From Candidatus Marinacidobacterium sp. (GTDB taxonomy: Bacteria > Acidobacteriota > Vicinamibacteria > Marinacidobacterales > Marinacidobacteraceae), in NCBI GenBank assembly GCA_965204755.1, contig OZ242011.1:3488001-3552000 (forward strand): a stretch of DNA of 64,000 nt. Reading direction: 5' to 3'. The position numbers and the translations under genes are program-made. Under the pieces are notes generated by a model, which ran no database searches, was not told the origin of the DNA, and saw only the letters and a program-made list of their open reading frames with translations. This document shows, in pieces, positions 19,902 to 30,721 of this stretch. Positions within the stretch are counted from its first letter, which is position 1; each line of letters opens with the position of its first letter.

Positions 19902-20742
19902 GACGCCGGCGGCGGAGGCGCCGCCCGCCCGCGTCCGGCGGCCGAACCGGTGCCGCGCCCCGGTCTGTCCGCACTGTTCCGGAACCGGCTGGCGGCCCGC
20001 CCGCCCCGACGCCCGCCCCGACGCCGACGAAGGCGGGGTCGTCCCCTGCGGCTGCTCCGAGCCCGCTCCCGCCCCGACCGGCCTCGCCGACCTCGGCGTG
20101 CCGAGGAGCCTCCGCGACAAGACCTTCGGGAACTTCGAGGAGATCAGCGACGCCCTCCGGCGGACGAAGAAGACCGTCCTCGGCTGGGCGGACCGGTACC
20201 CGGATGTCCACGCCGGCCTGCTCCTCACCGGCCCCTCCGGGGTCGGAAAGACCCACCTGGCGGTGGCGGCGCTGTCCCGCATCCTCCGGGAGCGGGCGAT
20301 CCGGGCGCGGGCGCGCTTCGTCTATTTCCCGGAACTCGTGCGGACGCTGCAGCGGGGCAGCGGGGAGCGGCGGCCGCTCGGCGACGAGCGCCTGTTCGGG
20401 CCGGCCCTCGCTTCGGAGATCCTCGTCCTCGACCAACTCGGCGCCGAGATCGGCAGCGCCTGGCTGGAAGAGCAGTTGCTCTACCTGCTCACCCGCTGCC
20501 TCCACGACGGCGTCTTCGTGGTCGCCACCACCGCGTACCCGACGAGGACGCCCCGGAGCGCCTCGCCGCCCGGCTCGCCGGACGGCGGCCCGTTCGGGCC
20601 GAAGCGGCCGGCGGCGTCCACGCTGGCCGACAAGATCACCGCCCGGGCGGTCTCCGTGCTCCGCGAGGCCTGCCAGTTCGTCGAAGTCCGCGGCGACGAC
20701 TACCGGGAGGCGGTCCTGCAACACGGCCTCGGCTACTACTGA
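19888..20742 (+). CDS. DnaC/IstB-like AAA+ ATPase with N-terminal Cys cluster
   Basis: CPHC.GTGW...CGC, TFGNF, Walker A GPSGVGKTHLA, Walker B-like ILVLDQLG, C-terminal V.GDDYR. Confidence 0.85.
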   Translation: MASPETPAAEAPPARVRRPNRCRAPVCPHCSGTGWRPARPDARPDADEGGVVPCGCSEPAPAPTGLADLGVPRSLRDKTFGNFEEISDALRRTKKTVLGWADRYPDVHAGLLLTGPSGVGKTHLAVAALSRILRERAIRARARFVYFPELVRTLQRGSGERRPLGDERLFGPALASEILVLDQLGAEIGSAWLEEQLLYLLTRCLHDGVFVVATTAYPTRTPRSASPPGSPDGGPFGPKRPAASTLADKITARAVSVLREACQFVEVRGDDYREAVLQHGLGYY

Positions 20743-20811
20743 CGGCGCGCCCCGCCACGCCCACGGTGTAATTTCCGCCGTTCCCCGTTCCGCTCCCCCG
20801 AAGGAGACCCC

Positions 20812-21642
20812 ATGCGCTTCGTTCCGACCGTCCTCCTCCTCGCCCTCGGCCTCCCGGCGGCGGCGGCCGCCCAGGGCGGCGGCCCCGCGCCGGACAAGCC
20901 GCGCCCCATCGCCATCCGCGACAGCGTCTTCATCGAGGACCTGACCTGGATGGAAGTGCGCGACCTGATGGCCGCCGGGAAGACCACCGCCATCGTCGCC
21001 AGCGGCGGCGTGGAGCAGAACGGCCCCTACCTGGTGACCGGGAAGCACAATGTGCTGCTGCGGGGCCTCACCGAAGTGATCGCCCGCGACCTCGGCGACG
21101 CGCTGGTCGCGCCCATCCTGAAACTGGTGCCGGAGGGGGACTTCGACCCGCCCACCGGCCACATGCGCTACCCGGGCACGGTCGGGCTCAGCGAAGAGAC
21201 CTTCCGCGCCGTGGTCACCGATGTCTGCCGGAGCCTCAGGGCGAGCGGCTTCGAGCACCTCGTCCTGATCGGCGACAGCGGCGGCAACCAGGCCGGCATG
21301 AAGGCCGTGGCCGAGAAACTCCACGCCGAGTGGAAGGGGATGCCCGGGGTCCACTACATCCCCGAGTTCTACGACTACGCCGCCCTCCAGGAGTGGCTCG
21401 CCGGGCAGGGGGTCGAACAGACCCCGGAGGGGATCCACGACGACTACGCCATCACTTCGATGATGGCGGCGGTGGACCCGGACTCCATCCGCACCGCGGA
21501 GCGCCGGGCGGCCGACCTCTTCCGCATCAACGGCGTCGAGGTGGACCCGCTGGACCAGACCCGGATGTGGGGCAACCGCCTGTTCCGCCACCGCAGCGAA
21601 ATGACCGTGAAGGCGATCCGCGCCGCCCGCGATTCCCACTGA
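20812..21642 (+). CDS. Exported creatininase-family amidohydrolase
   Basis: Signal peptide; LTWMEV, GGVEQNGPYL..GKH, PGTV.L and DSGGNQ motifs. Confidence 0.88.
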   Translation: MRFVPTVLLLALGLPAAAAAQGGGPAPDKPRPIAIRDSVFIEDLTWMEVRDLMAAGKTTAIVASGGVEQNGPYLVTGKHNVLLRGLTEVIARDLGDALVAPILKLVPEGDFDPPTGHMRYPGTVGLSEETFRAVVTDVCRSLRASGFEHLVLIGDSGGNQAGMKAVAEKLHAEWKGMPGVHYIPEFYDYAALQEWLAGQGVEQTPEGIHDDYAITSMMAAVDPDSIRTAERRAADLFRINGVEVDPLDQTRMWGNRLFRHRSEMTVKAIRAARDSH

Positions 21643-21655
21643 GGCGCGCCCGGCC

Positions 21656-21895
21656 GTGTCCGCGGGGTGGCGCCGCCACGAGACCGAGCGCGGCCTCCGC
21701 GGGTTCCTCGCCCGCCGCGCGCGCTCCGCGCTCGCGCTGCGGGACGCGGCGCGGTTCACCGTCCTCTACCTGACCCGCGCCCGCGCCGTCCGCCGGCGCT
21801 ACGCGGAGGCCGAGCGCCGGGGGGAGCGGATCGTCCTCGACCGGGGCCCGTTCGCCGGCGAAACCGGCGGACGGGACGAAGTGGGCTGGCCCTGA
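21656..21895 (+). CDS. Small hypothetical protein
   Basis: 79 aa ORF that fills the gap between two co-oriented genes (13-bp and 10-bp spacers). Confidence 0.5.
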   Translation: MSAGWRRHETERGLRGFLARRARSALALRDAARFTVLYLTRARAVRRRYAEAERRGERIVLDRGPFAGETGGRDEVGWP

Positions 21896-21905
21896 CGGCG
21901 CCGGC

Positions 21906-22874
21906 ATGAAGTTCCGCGACCCGCCGGAGGCGGCCTACGCCTTCGGCTACCGGGAGCGCCCGGTGTCCGGGAACACGGTGAACGGCCTCGGCGAGACCGG
22001 GAAACGCCGGGCCGCGCAGGTCTTCCACAACGCCGACCCGGAGCGGCCGATCGCCTGGCAGGGGCTCGACGACTTCTTCATGTGCCTCAACCCCTGGCAG
22101 GTCGTCCGCCACCGGCTGATCAACAAGTTCCAGTTGCGCGGGGAGCGCGGCCCGGCCGCCCGGCGCGTCCGCGACGAGGGGCCGGAGGAGAACGCCCGGC
22201 GCGTGAAGGAGGCGGCGCGCGCCGCCGGCGCCACCCTGGTCGGGGTCGCCGAAGTGCTCGACACCGACCTCTTCGAAGGCCGGGAGCCGCCGCACCGGAC
22301 GGCGGTCTGCCTCGGGCTCCCGATGCGCCGGGAGGACATGGCGCACGCCGCCCGCCCGCGCGGCGCCGCCGAAGTCATGCGCGCCTACCGCCGGGTGGCG
22401 GTTACCGCCATGCGCGTCGGCGCCTTCATCCGCCGGCAGGGGTTCCCGGCGAAGGCCTACGGCGACCCGAACGCCACGGACATCCTCCACATCCCGCTCG
22501 CCGTCCGCGCCGGGCTCGGCCAACTGGGCAAGCACGGCTCGATGATCAGCCGCGAACACGGCTCCAACTTCCGGCTGGCGGCGGTGCTCACCGACATGCC
22601 GCTCGCCGCGGACGAGCCGCGGGACATCGGCGTGGACGATGTCTGCCTCCACTGCCGGCGGTGCGTCATGGACTGCCCCCCGGACGCGATCCACGAGGAG
22701 AAGCAGATGGTGCGGGGCGAACGGCGCTGGTATGTGGACTTCGACCGCTGCGTCCCGTACTTCACCAAGACCTTCGGCTGCGCGATCTGCATCGAGGTCT
22801 GCCCCTTCTCCGAGCCGGGCCGCGGCGAACTCATCAGCGACCGCGCCCTCGAACTCCGTAAGCGGCGGGGCTGA
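21906..22874 (+). CDS. Reductive dehalogenase / QueG-like cobalamin-type 2x[4Fe-4S] protein
   Basis: VKEAARAAGATLVG, PLAVRAGLGQLGKHG, G.NFRLAAVLTDMPL, CxxCxxCxxxCP and C..CAICIEVCPF. Confidence 0.85.
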   Translation: MKFRDPPEAAYAFGYRERPVSGNTVNGLGETGKRRAAQVFHNADPERPIAWQGLDDFFMCLNPWQVVRHRLINKFQLRGERGPAARRVRDEGPEENARRVKEAARAAGATLVGVAEVLDTDLFEGREPPHRTAVCLGLPMRREDMAHAARPRGAAEVMRAYRRVAVTAMRVGAFIRRQGFPAKAYGDPNATDILHIPLAVRAGLGQLGKHGSMISREHGSNFRLAAVLTDMPLAADEPRDIGVDDVCLHCRRCVMDCPPDAIHEEKQMVRGERRWYVDFDRCVPYFTKTFGCAICIEVCPFSEPGRGELISDRALELRKRRG

Positions 22875-22940
22875 CGAGCCGGGCGGGGGCCGGATCCCCG
22901 GGCGGTGAAGATTCCGCGCTCCCGGCGCGTATAGGTAGTC

Positions 22941-23582
22941 GTGGACGACACGCGCGCCGGCCGCCCGCCCCGGGCGCGGCGGCGTCCGCCCGACCCGGCG
23001 GAGCAGGAGTGGATCCGCCGCTGCCGCAACGGCAGCCGCGCCGCCTACGAGCCGCTCGTCCGACGCTACGCGGCCTGGGCCGAGGCCTTCGCCTTCCGGC
23101 GCGTCGGCGACCGGGAGGACGCCCGCGACCTGGCGCAGGACGCCTTCGTCCGCGCCTTCCACGCCATGCCCCGATTCCGCCCCGGCTCGCCCTTCCTGCC
23201 CTGGTTCCTCACCATCCTCGACCGCCTCTGCTCGAGCCACCTGCGGAGCGCGCGGCGCCACGCCGCCCTCCACGAAATCCCCGAACCGGCCACCGACGGC
23301 CGGATGGAGTCCCTCGACCGCCGGCTCGACCTGGAGCGCGGTCTCGCCGGCCTGCCGGAGGGGCAGCGCCGCGTCGTCGTCCTGAAGCACCTCGAAGGGC
23401 TCGCCCACCGCGAAGTGGCCGAGCGGCTCTCTATCCCGGCGGGCACCGCGATGTCCCGGCTCCATACCGCGATGCGCCGGCTGCGCCGCCTCCTCGCCGG
23501 CGCCCCCGCGCCGCCGCCCCGGCCCCGAACGGAACCGGCCCCGGCGCCCTCCCGGCGACGAAACGGAGGAACGAGCGCATGA
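22941..23582 (+). CDS. ECF sigma factor
   Basis: DARDLAQDAFVRAF, FLPWF and region 4 EVAERLSIPAGTAMSRLH. Confidence 0.92.
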   Translation: MDDTRAGRPPRARRRPPDPAEQEWIRRCRNGSRAAYEPLVRRYAAWAEAFAFRRVGDREDARDLAQDAFVRAFHAMPRFRPGSPFLPWFLTILDRLCSSHLRSARRHAALHEIPEPATDGRMESLDRRLDLERGLAGLPEGQRRVVVLKHLEGLAHREVAERLSIPAGTAMSRLHTAMRRLRRLLAGAPAPPPRPRTEPAPAPSRRRNGGTSA

Positions 23583-23947
23583 CGCAGCGCGACGAACCCG
23601 CTCCTTCGGGCCGCATTCCCGGCGACGCCCCCGGCGTCCCTCCCGAAGGCCGCGCTCCCCGCCCGGGGGACGCGGACGACGCCGCGCTCGACCGCTTCTG
23701 GCTCGGCGTGTATTCCCGGCTGGAGCGCGGCGTCGCCTGGACGCTGGTCTCCGCTTCCGCCGCGCTGCTGCTCGGCTACGGGGCCTACGCCTTCGCCGCC
23801 GACTTCCTCGCCGACGCCGGGGTCCCGGTCGTCGTCCGCCTCGGGACGGCCGGGCTCGCGCTCGGCCTCCTCCTGCTGCTGCTGGGCCTCGTCCGCGAAC
23901 GGATCCGGGCCCGCGCCGCCGATCCCTTCCGGAGGGTCCGCCGATGA
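23579..23947 (+). CDS. Two-TM membrane protein, probable anti-sigma factor
   Basis: ATGA overlap with the sigma gene; two hydrophobic helices; C-terminal RER......DPF. Confidence 0.7.
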   Translation: MTQRDEPAPSGRIPGDAPGVPPEGRAPRPGDADDAALDRFWLGVYSRLERGVAWTLVSASAALLLGYGAYAFAADFLADAGVPVVVRLGTAGLALGLLLLLLGLVRERIRARAADPFRRVRR

Positions 23948-24267
23948 TTCTTTCCACCACCGACGCCGTCCCCGGCCGCGAAGTCGCCGAAGTCCTCGGC
24001 ATCGCCCGCGGCAACACGATCCGCAGCCGCCACCTCGGCCGGGACATCATGGCCGGCCTCAAGGGGATCGTCGGCGGCGAGATCGAGTCCTACACGAAAC
24101 TCATGGCCGAGAGCCGCGAACAGGCCATCGCCCGGATGATCGAGCACGCCTCCGCCCTCGGCGCCGACGCCGTCGTCGGGATGCGGGTCAGCACCTCCAT
24201 GCTGATGACCACCGCGTCCGAGATCCTGGCCTACGGCACGGCGGTGAAACTGCTCACCGCCCGGTGA
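23944..24267 (+). CDS. YbjQ/UPF0145 family protein
   Basis: LSTTD.VPG..., GRDIMAGLKGIVGGEI..YT and EILAYGTAV motifs. Confidence 0.93.
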   Translation: MILSTTDAVPGREVAEVLGIARGNTIRSRHLGRDIMAGLKGIVGGEIESYTKLMAESREQAIARMIEHASALGADAVVGMRVSTSMLMTTASEILAYGTAVKLLTAR

Positions 24268-24764
24268 GCGGAGCGGCGCCGCCCCCGGTGGAGGAGGACC
24301 GGGGCCGGTTCTTCGAGGACTTCCGGGTCGGCCAGCGCATCCGCCACCCCCTCGGGCGCACGATCCACCCGGCGGACAACTCCTGGTTCTCGCTGCTCAC
24401 GCAGAACCAGAACCCGGTCCACATAGACCGCCACCACGCGGAGCGGACGCCGTTCGGCCGGCCGCTGGTGAACTCCTGCCTCACGCTGGCGCTCGCCACC
24501 GGGCAGTCGGTCCACGACCTCACCCGGCAGGTGGTGGCCAACCTCGGCTGGGAGCGCGTGCGCCTCCCGGCCCCCCTCTTCGAGGGCGACACCCTCTACT
24601 CGGAGAGCGAAGTGCTCGCGGCGCGGCCCTCGAAGTCCCGCCCGGAGGCCGGCGTGGTGACCGTCCGCACCACCGGGCGGAACCAGGACGGCGCCGCGGT
24701 GATCGAGTTCGAGCGGACCTTCCTCGTCTGGAAGCGCGAGGCCGCGCCCGCCGCCCGGGCCTGA
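24264..24764 (+). CDS. MaoC-family (hot-dog) dehydratase
   Basis: GRFFEDFRVG, GRTI...DN, NPVHID, NLGW..V and GDTLYSESEV motifs. Confidence 0.92.
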   Translation: MSGAAPPPVEEDRGRFFEDFRVGQRIRHPLGRTIHPADNSWFSLLTQNQNPVHIDRHHAERTPFGRPLVNSCLTLALATGQSVHDLTRQVVANLGWERVRLPAPLFEGDTLYSESEVLAARPSKSRPEAGVVTVRTTGRNQDGAAVIEFERTFLVWKREAAPAARA

Positions 24765-24782
24765 GACCCGGACGAACCCGGC

Positions 24783-26465
24783 TCAGCCGGAGAGTCCCCG
24801 GAGGCGGGCGACGATCGCCCGGCTCTCCGGGGGCGGCGGCCCGGTCCGGCGGCTCACCGCCCAGGTAACCGCGAGGTTCAGCAGCATCCCCAGCGAGCCG
24901 ATCCCCTCCGGGCTGATCCCGAACCACCAGGACTCCGGCCCGCTCCACTCGAACACCTTGAACCACCCGATGTAGGCGGCGGTGAACCCGGTCCCGGCGA
25001 TCATCCCGGCGACCGCGCCCCGCGCCGTAACCCAGGTGGTGAACACCCCGAGCACCAGCGCCGGGAAGAAACTGGCGGCGGCCAGCCCGAAGGCGAACGC
25101 CACCACCGCCGCCACATAGTCCGGCGGGTAGATCCCGGCCACGATGGCGACGGTCACCGCGCCGGCGGCGGAGAGCCGGGCGGCGGCGAGTTCCCGCCGC
25201 TCGCTCATCCCCGGCCGCCAGAACCGCTTCAGCAGGTCGTGCGAGACGGAAGCGGAGATCACCAGCAGCAGCCCGGCGGCGGTGGAGAGCGCCGCCGCGA
25301 GGCCGCCGGCCGCGGTGAGCCCCACCACCCAGGCCGGGAGCCGGGCGATCTCCGGGTTGGCGAGCACGATGATGTCCCGGTCGATGACCAACTCCGCGCC
25401 GGGGCCTTCGGAGTACTGGATGAGGCCGTCGCCGTTCCGGTCGGTGAACGAGATCAGCCCGGTGGTTTCCCAGTTGCGGAACCAGTCCGGGGCCTCGGCG
25501 ATCGGCGTCCCGTGGAGCGTCTGGATCAGGTTCACCCGCGCGAAGGCGGCGACCGCCGGCGCCGCGGTGTAGAGGACGGCGATGAACAGCAGCGCCCACA
25601 TCACGCTCCACCGGGCCAGCCGGGCGCTCCCCACCGTGTAGAACCGGATGAGCACATGCGGCAGCCCGGCGGTGCCGACCATCAGCGCGAAGGTGATGGC
25701 GAACACATCCACCATCGTCTTCTTGCCGGGAAGGAACGCGCCGGTGTATTCCGGCAGCCCCAGGTCCGCGTGGATGAGGTCTATGGCCCGCAGCAGCGCC
25801 ACCCCGGCGTGTTCGCCTTCGACCAGCGTCGAGCCGAACCCGATCTGCGGGACGACCTGCCCGGTCATCAGGTAGGAGATCGCGCCGGCCGGGATCAGGA
25901 AGGCCACGATGAGCACGCAGTACTGGGCCACCTGGGTGTAGGTGATGCCGCGCATCCCGCCGAGCGTGGCGTAGAGCAGGACGATGACCCCGCCGATGAC
26001 CACGCCCCACTCCACCGGGATGGTGAAGAACCGGGAGAAGACGACGCCCACGCCGCGCATCTGTCCGGCCACATAGGTGAAGGAGATGAAGACCGCGCAG
26101 ACCACCGCGGTGAGCCGCGCGGCGTGCGAGGCGTACCGGTCGCCGACGAACTCCGGGATCGTGTAGCGGCCGTACCGGCGCAGGTAGGGCGCGACCAGCA
26201 GCGCGAGCAGGACATAACCGCCGGTCCAGCCCATGAGGTAGATCGCGCCGTCGTACCCCATGAACGAGATCAGGCCGGCCATGGAGAGGAACGAAGCGGC
26301 GCTCATCCAGTCGGCGCCGGTCGCCATCCCGTTCGCCACCGCGGAGACCCCCCGGCCGGCGACATAGAACCCGGAAGTCGTCCGCACCCGGCTCGCCACC
26401 GCGATCGCGGTGTAGAGCGCGAACGAACCCGCGACGAAGACGAAGGTCCAGGCGCCGATGCTCAC
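24783..26465 (-). CDS. actP: Sodium:solute symporter, ActP-like cation/acetate permease
   Basis: FYVAGRG, NGMATGADWMSAASF, GTAGLPHVLIRFY and multiple TM helices. Confidence 0.9.
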   Translation of the reverse strand: MSIGAWTFVFVAGSFALYTAIAVASRVRTTSGFYVAGRGVSAVANGMATGADWMSAASFLSMAGLISFMGYDGAIYLMGWTGGYVLLALLVAPYLRRYGRYTIPEFVGDRYASHAARLTAVVCAVFISFTYVAGQMRGVGVVFSRFFTIPVEWGVVIGGVIVLLYATLGGMRGITYTQVAQYCVLIVAFLIPAGAISYLMTGQVVPQIGFGSTLVEGEHAGVALLRAIDLIHADLGLPEYTGAFLPGKKTMVDVFAITFALMVGTAGLPHVLIRFYTVGSARLARWSVMWALLFIAVLYTAAPAVAAFARVNLIQTLHGTPIAEAPDWFRNWETTGLISFTDRNGDGLIQYSEGPGAELVIDRDIIVLANPEIARLPAWVVGLTAAGGLAAALSTAAGLLLVISASVSHDLLKRFWRPGMSERRELAAARLSAAGAVTVAIVAGIYPPDYVAAVVAFAFGLAAASFFPALVLGVFTTWVTARGAVAGMIAGTGFTAAYIGWFKVFEWSGPESWWFGISPEGIGSLGMLLNLAVTWAVSRRTGPPPPESRAIVARLRGLSG

Positions 26466-26836
26466 GAGGCGTCAGCGTCCCCGGAGCCGCTCCCGCCCGC
26501 GTCGGGGTCGCGGCGGGGCTCGTCCGGTTCCCGCTCGATCCGGTCCATGGCGACCGCGTTCACGACCAGCAGCAGCAGGAAGACCAGGATCGCCCCCTGC
26601 TGGGCGAACCAGAAGCCGAGCGGGAACCCGAAGAACCGGATTTCGTTCAGCGGCGCGGCGAACAGCACGCCGAGCCCCAGCGAAGCGGCGAACCACACGG
26701 CGAGCAGCGCGGCGATGAGCCGCAGGCCCCGCCGCCAGGCGCGGCGCCCTCCCGCGTCCGCGGGCTCACCGGCCGGCGGGCGGTCTTCGGCGGTCGGGTC
26801 CGCTCCGCCGGAGGGGCGAGAGGGTGATGAGGACAA
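26462..26836 (-). CDS. Small membrane partner of the symporter (DUF4212/DUF485-like)
   Basis: LLAVWF...[12 protein letters not shown] motif; overlaps the symporter start. Start uncertain (TTG 26836). Confidence 0.8.
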   Translation of the reverse strand: MSSSPSRPSGGADPTAEDRPPAGEPADAGGRRAWRRGLRLIAALLAVWFAASLGLGVLFAAPLNEIRFFGFPLGFWFAQQGAILVFLLLLVVNAVAMDRIEREPDEPRRDPDAGGSGSGDADAS

Positions 26837-26929
26837 GGAAAACAGCCGGGGAGAGGGCGGCGCGGTTGCGCCCGACGCGGCTAAGGCTATATGTTCGCTC
26901 GGCCCGTTTTCGCAGAGGAGGAGCGACCG

Positions 26930-27810
26930 TTGATCCCACCGTCTTTCGAGTACGCCTCGCCCGGGAGCCTCGCCGAGGCGAGCCGGCTCCTCGCGGCCAA
27001 CCCGGCAGCGAAACTGCTCGCCGGCGGGCACAGCCTGATCCCGATGATGCGGTTCCGGCTGGCGGAGCCGCCTCTTCTCATCGACCTCCGCCGGGTGCCC
27101 GGCCTCTCCGGCGTCAGTGCAAACGGCGGGGAAAACGGCGGGGAAATCCGCATCGGCGCCATGACCCGGCAGTCCGAGGTCGAAACCTCGGAACTCCTGC
27201 TCAGGAAGTTGCCGCTGCTGGCCGATACCGCGCGGGTCATCGCCGACCCGATCGTGCGGAACCTGGCGACCATCGGCGGGAACATCGCCCACGCCGACCC
27301 CGGCAACGACCACCCGGCGGCCATGCTGGCCTGCCGCGCCTCGTTCGTCGTCTCCGGCCCGGAAGGCGAGCGGACCGTCGCCGCCGACGACTTCTTCACC
27401 GGGCCGTTCTCGACCGCGCTCGGCCCCGGCGAGATCCTCGTCGAGATCCGCGTCCCGGCGCCGAAGCCCGGCGCCGGCGGCGCGTACCGGAAGTTCGAAC
27501 GCAAGGTCGGCGACTACGCGGTGGCGGCGGTCGCCGCGCAGTTGCGCCTCGCCGACGGCCGGATCGAAGAGGCCGGCGTGGCGCTCACCAATGTCGGGCT
27601 GACCGCGATCCGCGCGGCGGCCGCCGAGTCGGCGCTCGTCGGGAGCGACGGCGGCGAAGAGGCGCGCGACGCCGCGGCGGCCGCGGCGGCGGAAGCGGCC
27701 GAGCCCATCGAAGACCACCGGGGCTCCGCGGACTACAAGCGCGCGGTGGTGAAGACGCTCGCCTGGCGGGCGCTGGAACTGGCCCTCGACCGGGCGAAGG
27801 AGACTTCCGC

Positions 27811-27814
<4 letters not shown>
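26930..27814 (+). CDS. coxM: Aerobic CO dehydrogenase medium (FAD) subunit
   Basis: [21 protein letters not shown] and DHRGSADYK motifs. TTG start preceded by GAGGAGG. Confidence 0.93.
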
Positions 27815-28285
<471 letters not shown>

Positions 28286-28293
<8 letters not shown>

Positions 28294-30631
28294 GTGCCGG
28301 GGACTCGGACACTCCGTCCTCCGCAAGGAAGACGCCCGCTTCCTGCGCGGCAAGGGCAACTACATCGACGACATCGTCCTGCCGGGGATGCTCTACCTCG
28401 ACATCGCCCGCAGCCCCTACGCCCACGCCAGGATCACCGAGATCCGCGAAGGGACGGCGACCGCCGTTCCCGGCGTGGCGGCGGTCATCACCGGGAAGAC
28501 CCTCGAGCAGTACAAGTTGGAGTGGATGCCCACGCTGATGGGCGACCGGCAGATGGTGCTGCCGGTGGACACCGTCAAGTACCAGGCGCAGGAAGTGGCC
28601 GCGATCGTGGCGACTTCCCGCTACGCCGCCGCCGACGGCGTCGCCGCGCTCGAAGTGGACTACGACCCGCTGCCGGTGGTGGTGGACCCGCACGAAGCCC
28701 TGAAACCGGGCGCCACCAAGGTCCGCGACGACAAGGAAAGCAACCACATCTGGCACTGGGAGCACGGCGACCGGGAAAAGACCGAAGCCGCGCTCCGGGA
28801 CTCCGAGGTGGTCGTCGAGCAGAAGATGCACATCCCGCGCATCCATGTGGCCTCCATCGAGACCTGCGGCTGCGTCGCCAGTTGGGATCCGGTCGAAGGC
28901 CATCTCACCCTCTACCTCACCACCCAGGCCCCGCACGCGATCCGCACCGTGGTCGCCCTGGTAACGGCCCACCTCGGGCTCGCCGAACACAAGATCCGGG
29001 TGATCTCCCCGGACATCGGCGGCGGCTTCGGCGGCAAGGTGCCGGTGTATCCGGGCTATGTCATCGCCACCGCCGCTTCGGTGGTCACCGGCAAGCCGGT
29101 GAAGTGGATCGAGGACCGTTCGGAGAACCTGCAGGCGGACTCCTTCGCCCGCGACTACCACATCACCGCCCGGCTGGGTTCGAAGAACGGGAAACTCACC
29201 GCGCTGCAACTGGGCACGGTCGCCGACCACGGCTACTCCGACGCCGCGGCGAACCCTTCCAAGTTCCCGGCGGGCCTGTTCCACATCTGCACCGGCTCCT
29301 ACGACCTGCCCGACGCCCATGTGGAAGTGGACGGCGCGTACACGAACAAGCCGCCGGGCGGCATCGCCTACCGCTGCTCGTTCCGGGTAACGGAAGCGGT
29401 GCACGCCATCGAGCGGATGGTGGACCTCATGGCCCGCGAGTTGGGCGAGGATCCCGCCGACTTCCGGCTCCGCAACTTCGTGAAGCCGGCGCAGTTCCCC
29501 TACCGCTCGGCGCTCGGCTGGGAGTACGACAGCGGGAACTACGAGGCGGCGCTCACCAAGGCCATGGAGATGATCGGCTACGCCGACCTCCGCCGGGAGC
29601 AGCGGGAAAAGCGCGCCCGCGGCGAACTCATGGGACTCGGCATCTCCTCGTTCACCGAGATCGTGGGCGCCGGCCCCTCGAAGGACTTCGACATCCTCGG
29701 CATCAAGATGTTCGACTCCAGCGAGATCCGCATCCACCCGACCGGCAAGGCGATCGCGCGCTTCGGCACGAAGTCGCAGGGGCAGGGGCACGAGACCACC
29801 TACGCCCAGATCATCGCGGAGGAACTCGGCATCCCGCCGGAGGACATCGCGGTCGAGGAAGGCGACACCGACACCGCGCCCTACGGCCTCGGCACCTACG
29901 CGAGCCGCTCCACGCCCACGGCCGGCGCGGCGGCCTCCATCGCCTCGCGCAAGATCCGCGAGAAGGCGAAGAAGATCGCCGCCCACCTGCTCGAAGCCGA
30001 CGAGGCGGACCTCGAATGGGAGCGGGGGAAGTTCTTCGTGAAGGGCTCCCCCGACCGGGCGAAGACGATCCAGGACATCGCCTTCGCGGCCTACACGAAC
30101 CATCCGCCGGGTATGGAAGCCGGGCTCGAGGCGATCTCGTACTACGACCCGCCGAACCTGACCTTCCCCTTCGGGTCCTACATCTGCGCGGTGGACATCG
30201 ACCGCGGCACCGGGCAGGTGAAGATCCGCCGGTTCGTCGCGGTGGACGACTGCGGCGTCCGGATCAACCCGATGATCGTGGACGGGCAGATCCACGGCGG
30301 CCTGACCATGGGCATGGCGCCGGCGCTGCTCGAAGAGATCTCCTACGACGAAGACGGGAACATCCACGGCGGCAACTTCGTGGAGTACCTGCTCCCGACC
30401 GCGATGGAGACGCCGCACTGGGAACTCGGCGAGACGGTGACCCCTTCGCCGCACCATCCCATCGGCGCCAAGGGCATCGGCGAGTCGGCGACTGTCGGCG
30501 CGCCGGCGGCCATCGTGAACGCGGTGGTGGACGCGCTGTGGCACCTCGGCGTGCGTCACCTGGAGATCCCGATCACCCCGTCGCGGGTGTGGAATGTCCT
30601 GAACGACGCCGGCGCCGCGACGCACCGGTGA
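28286..30631 (+). CDS. coxL: Aerobic CO dehydrogenase large subunit, form I
   Basis: Active-site loop AYRCSFR (form I signature AYxCSFR); coxMSL gene order. Confidence 0.96.
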
Positions 30632-30721
30632 GCGGCCGGTGGAGAGAGCGTTCCGCCGGCCGCGTTCGGGCTGACGCCGGCCGCTGACTCCGGGGCGCCG
30701 CCTCTGTCCGGCCGGGCCCCG

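Noticed and set aside
19888-20742. IS21 element (istB)
   Set aside because: No adjacent istA transposase or terminal inverted repeats; the N-terminal Cys cluster fits DnaC-like proteins better.
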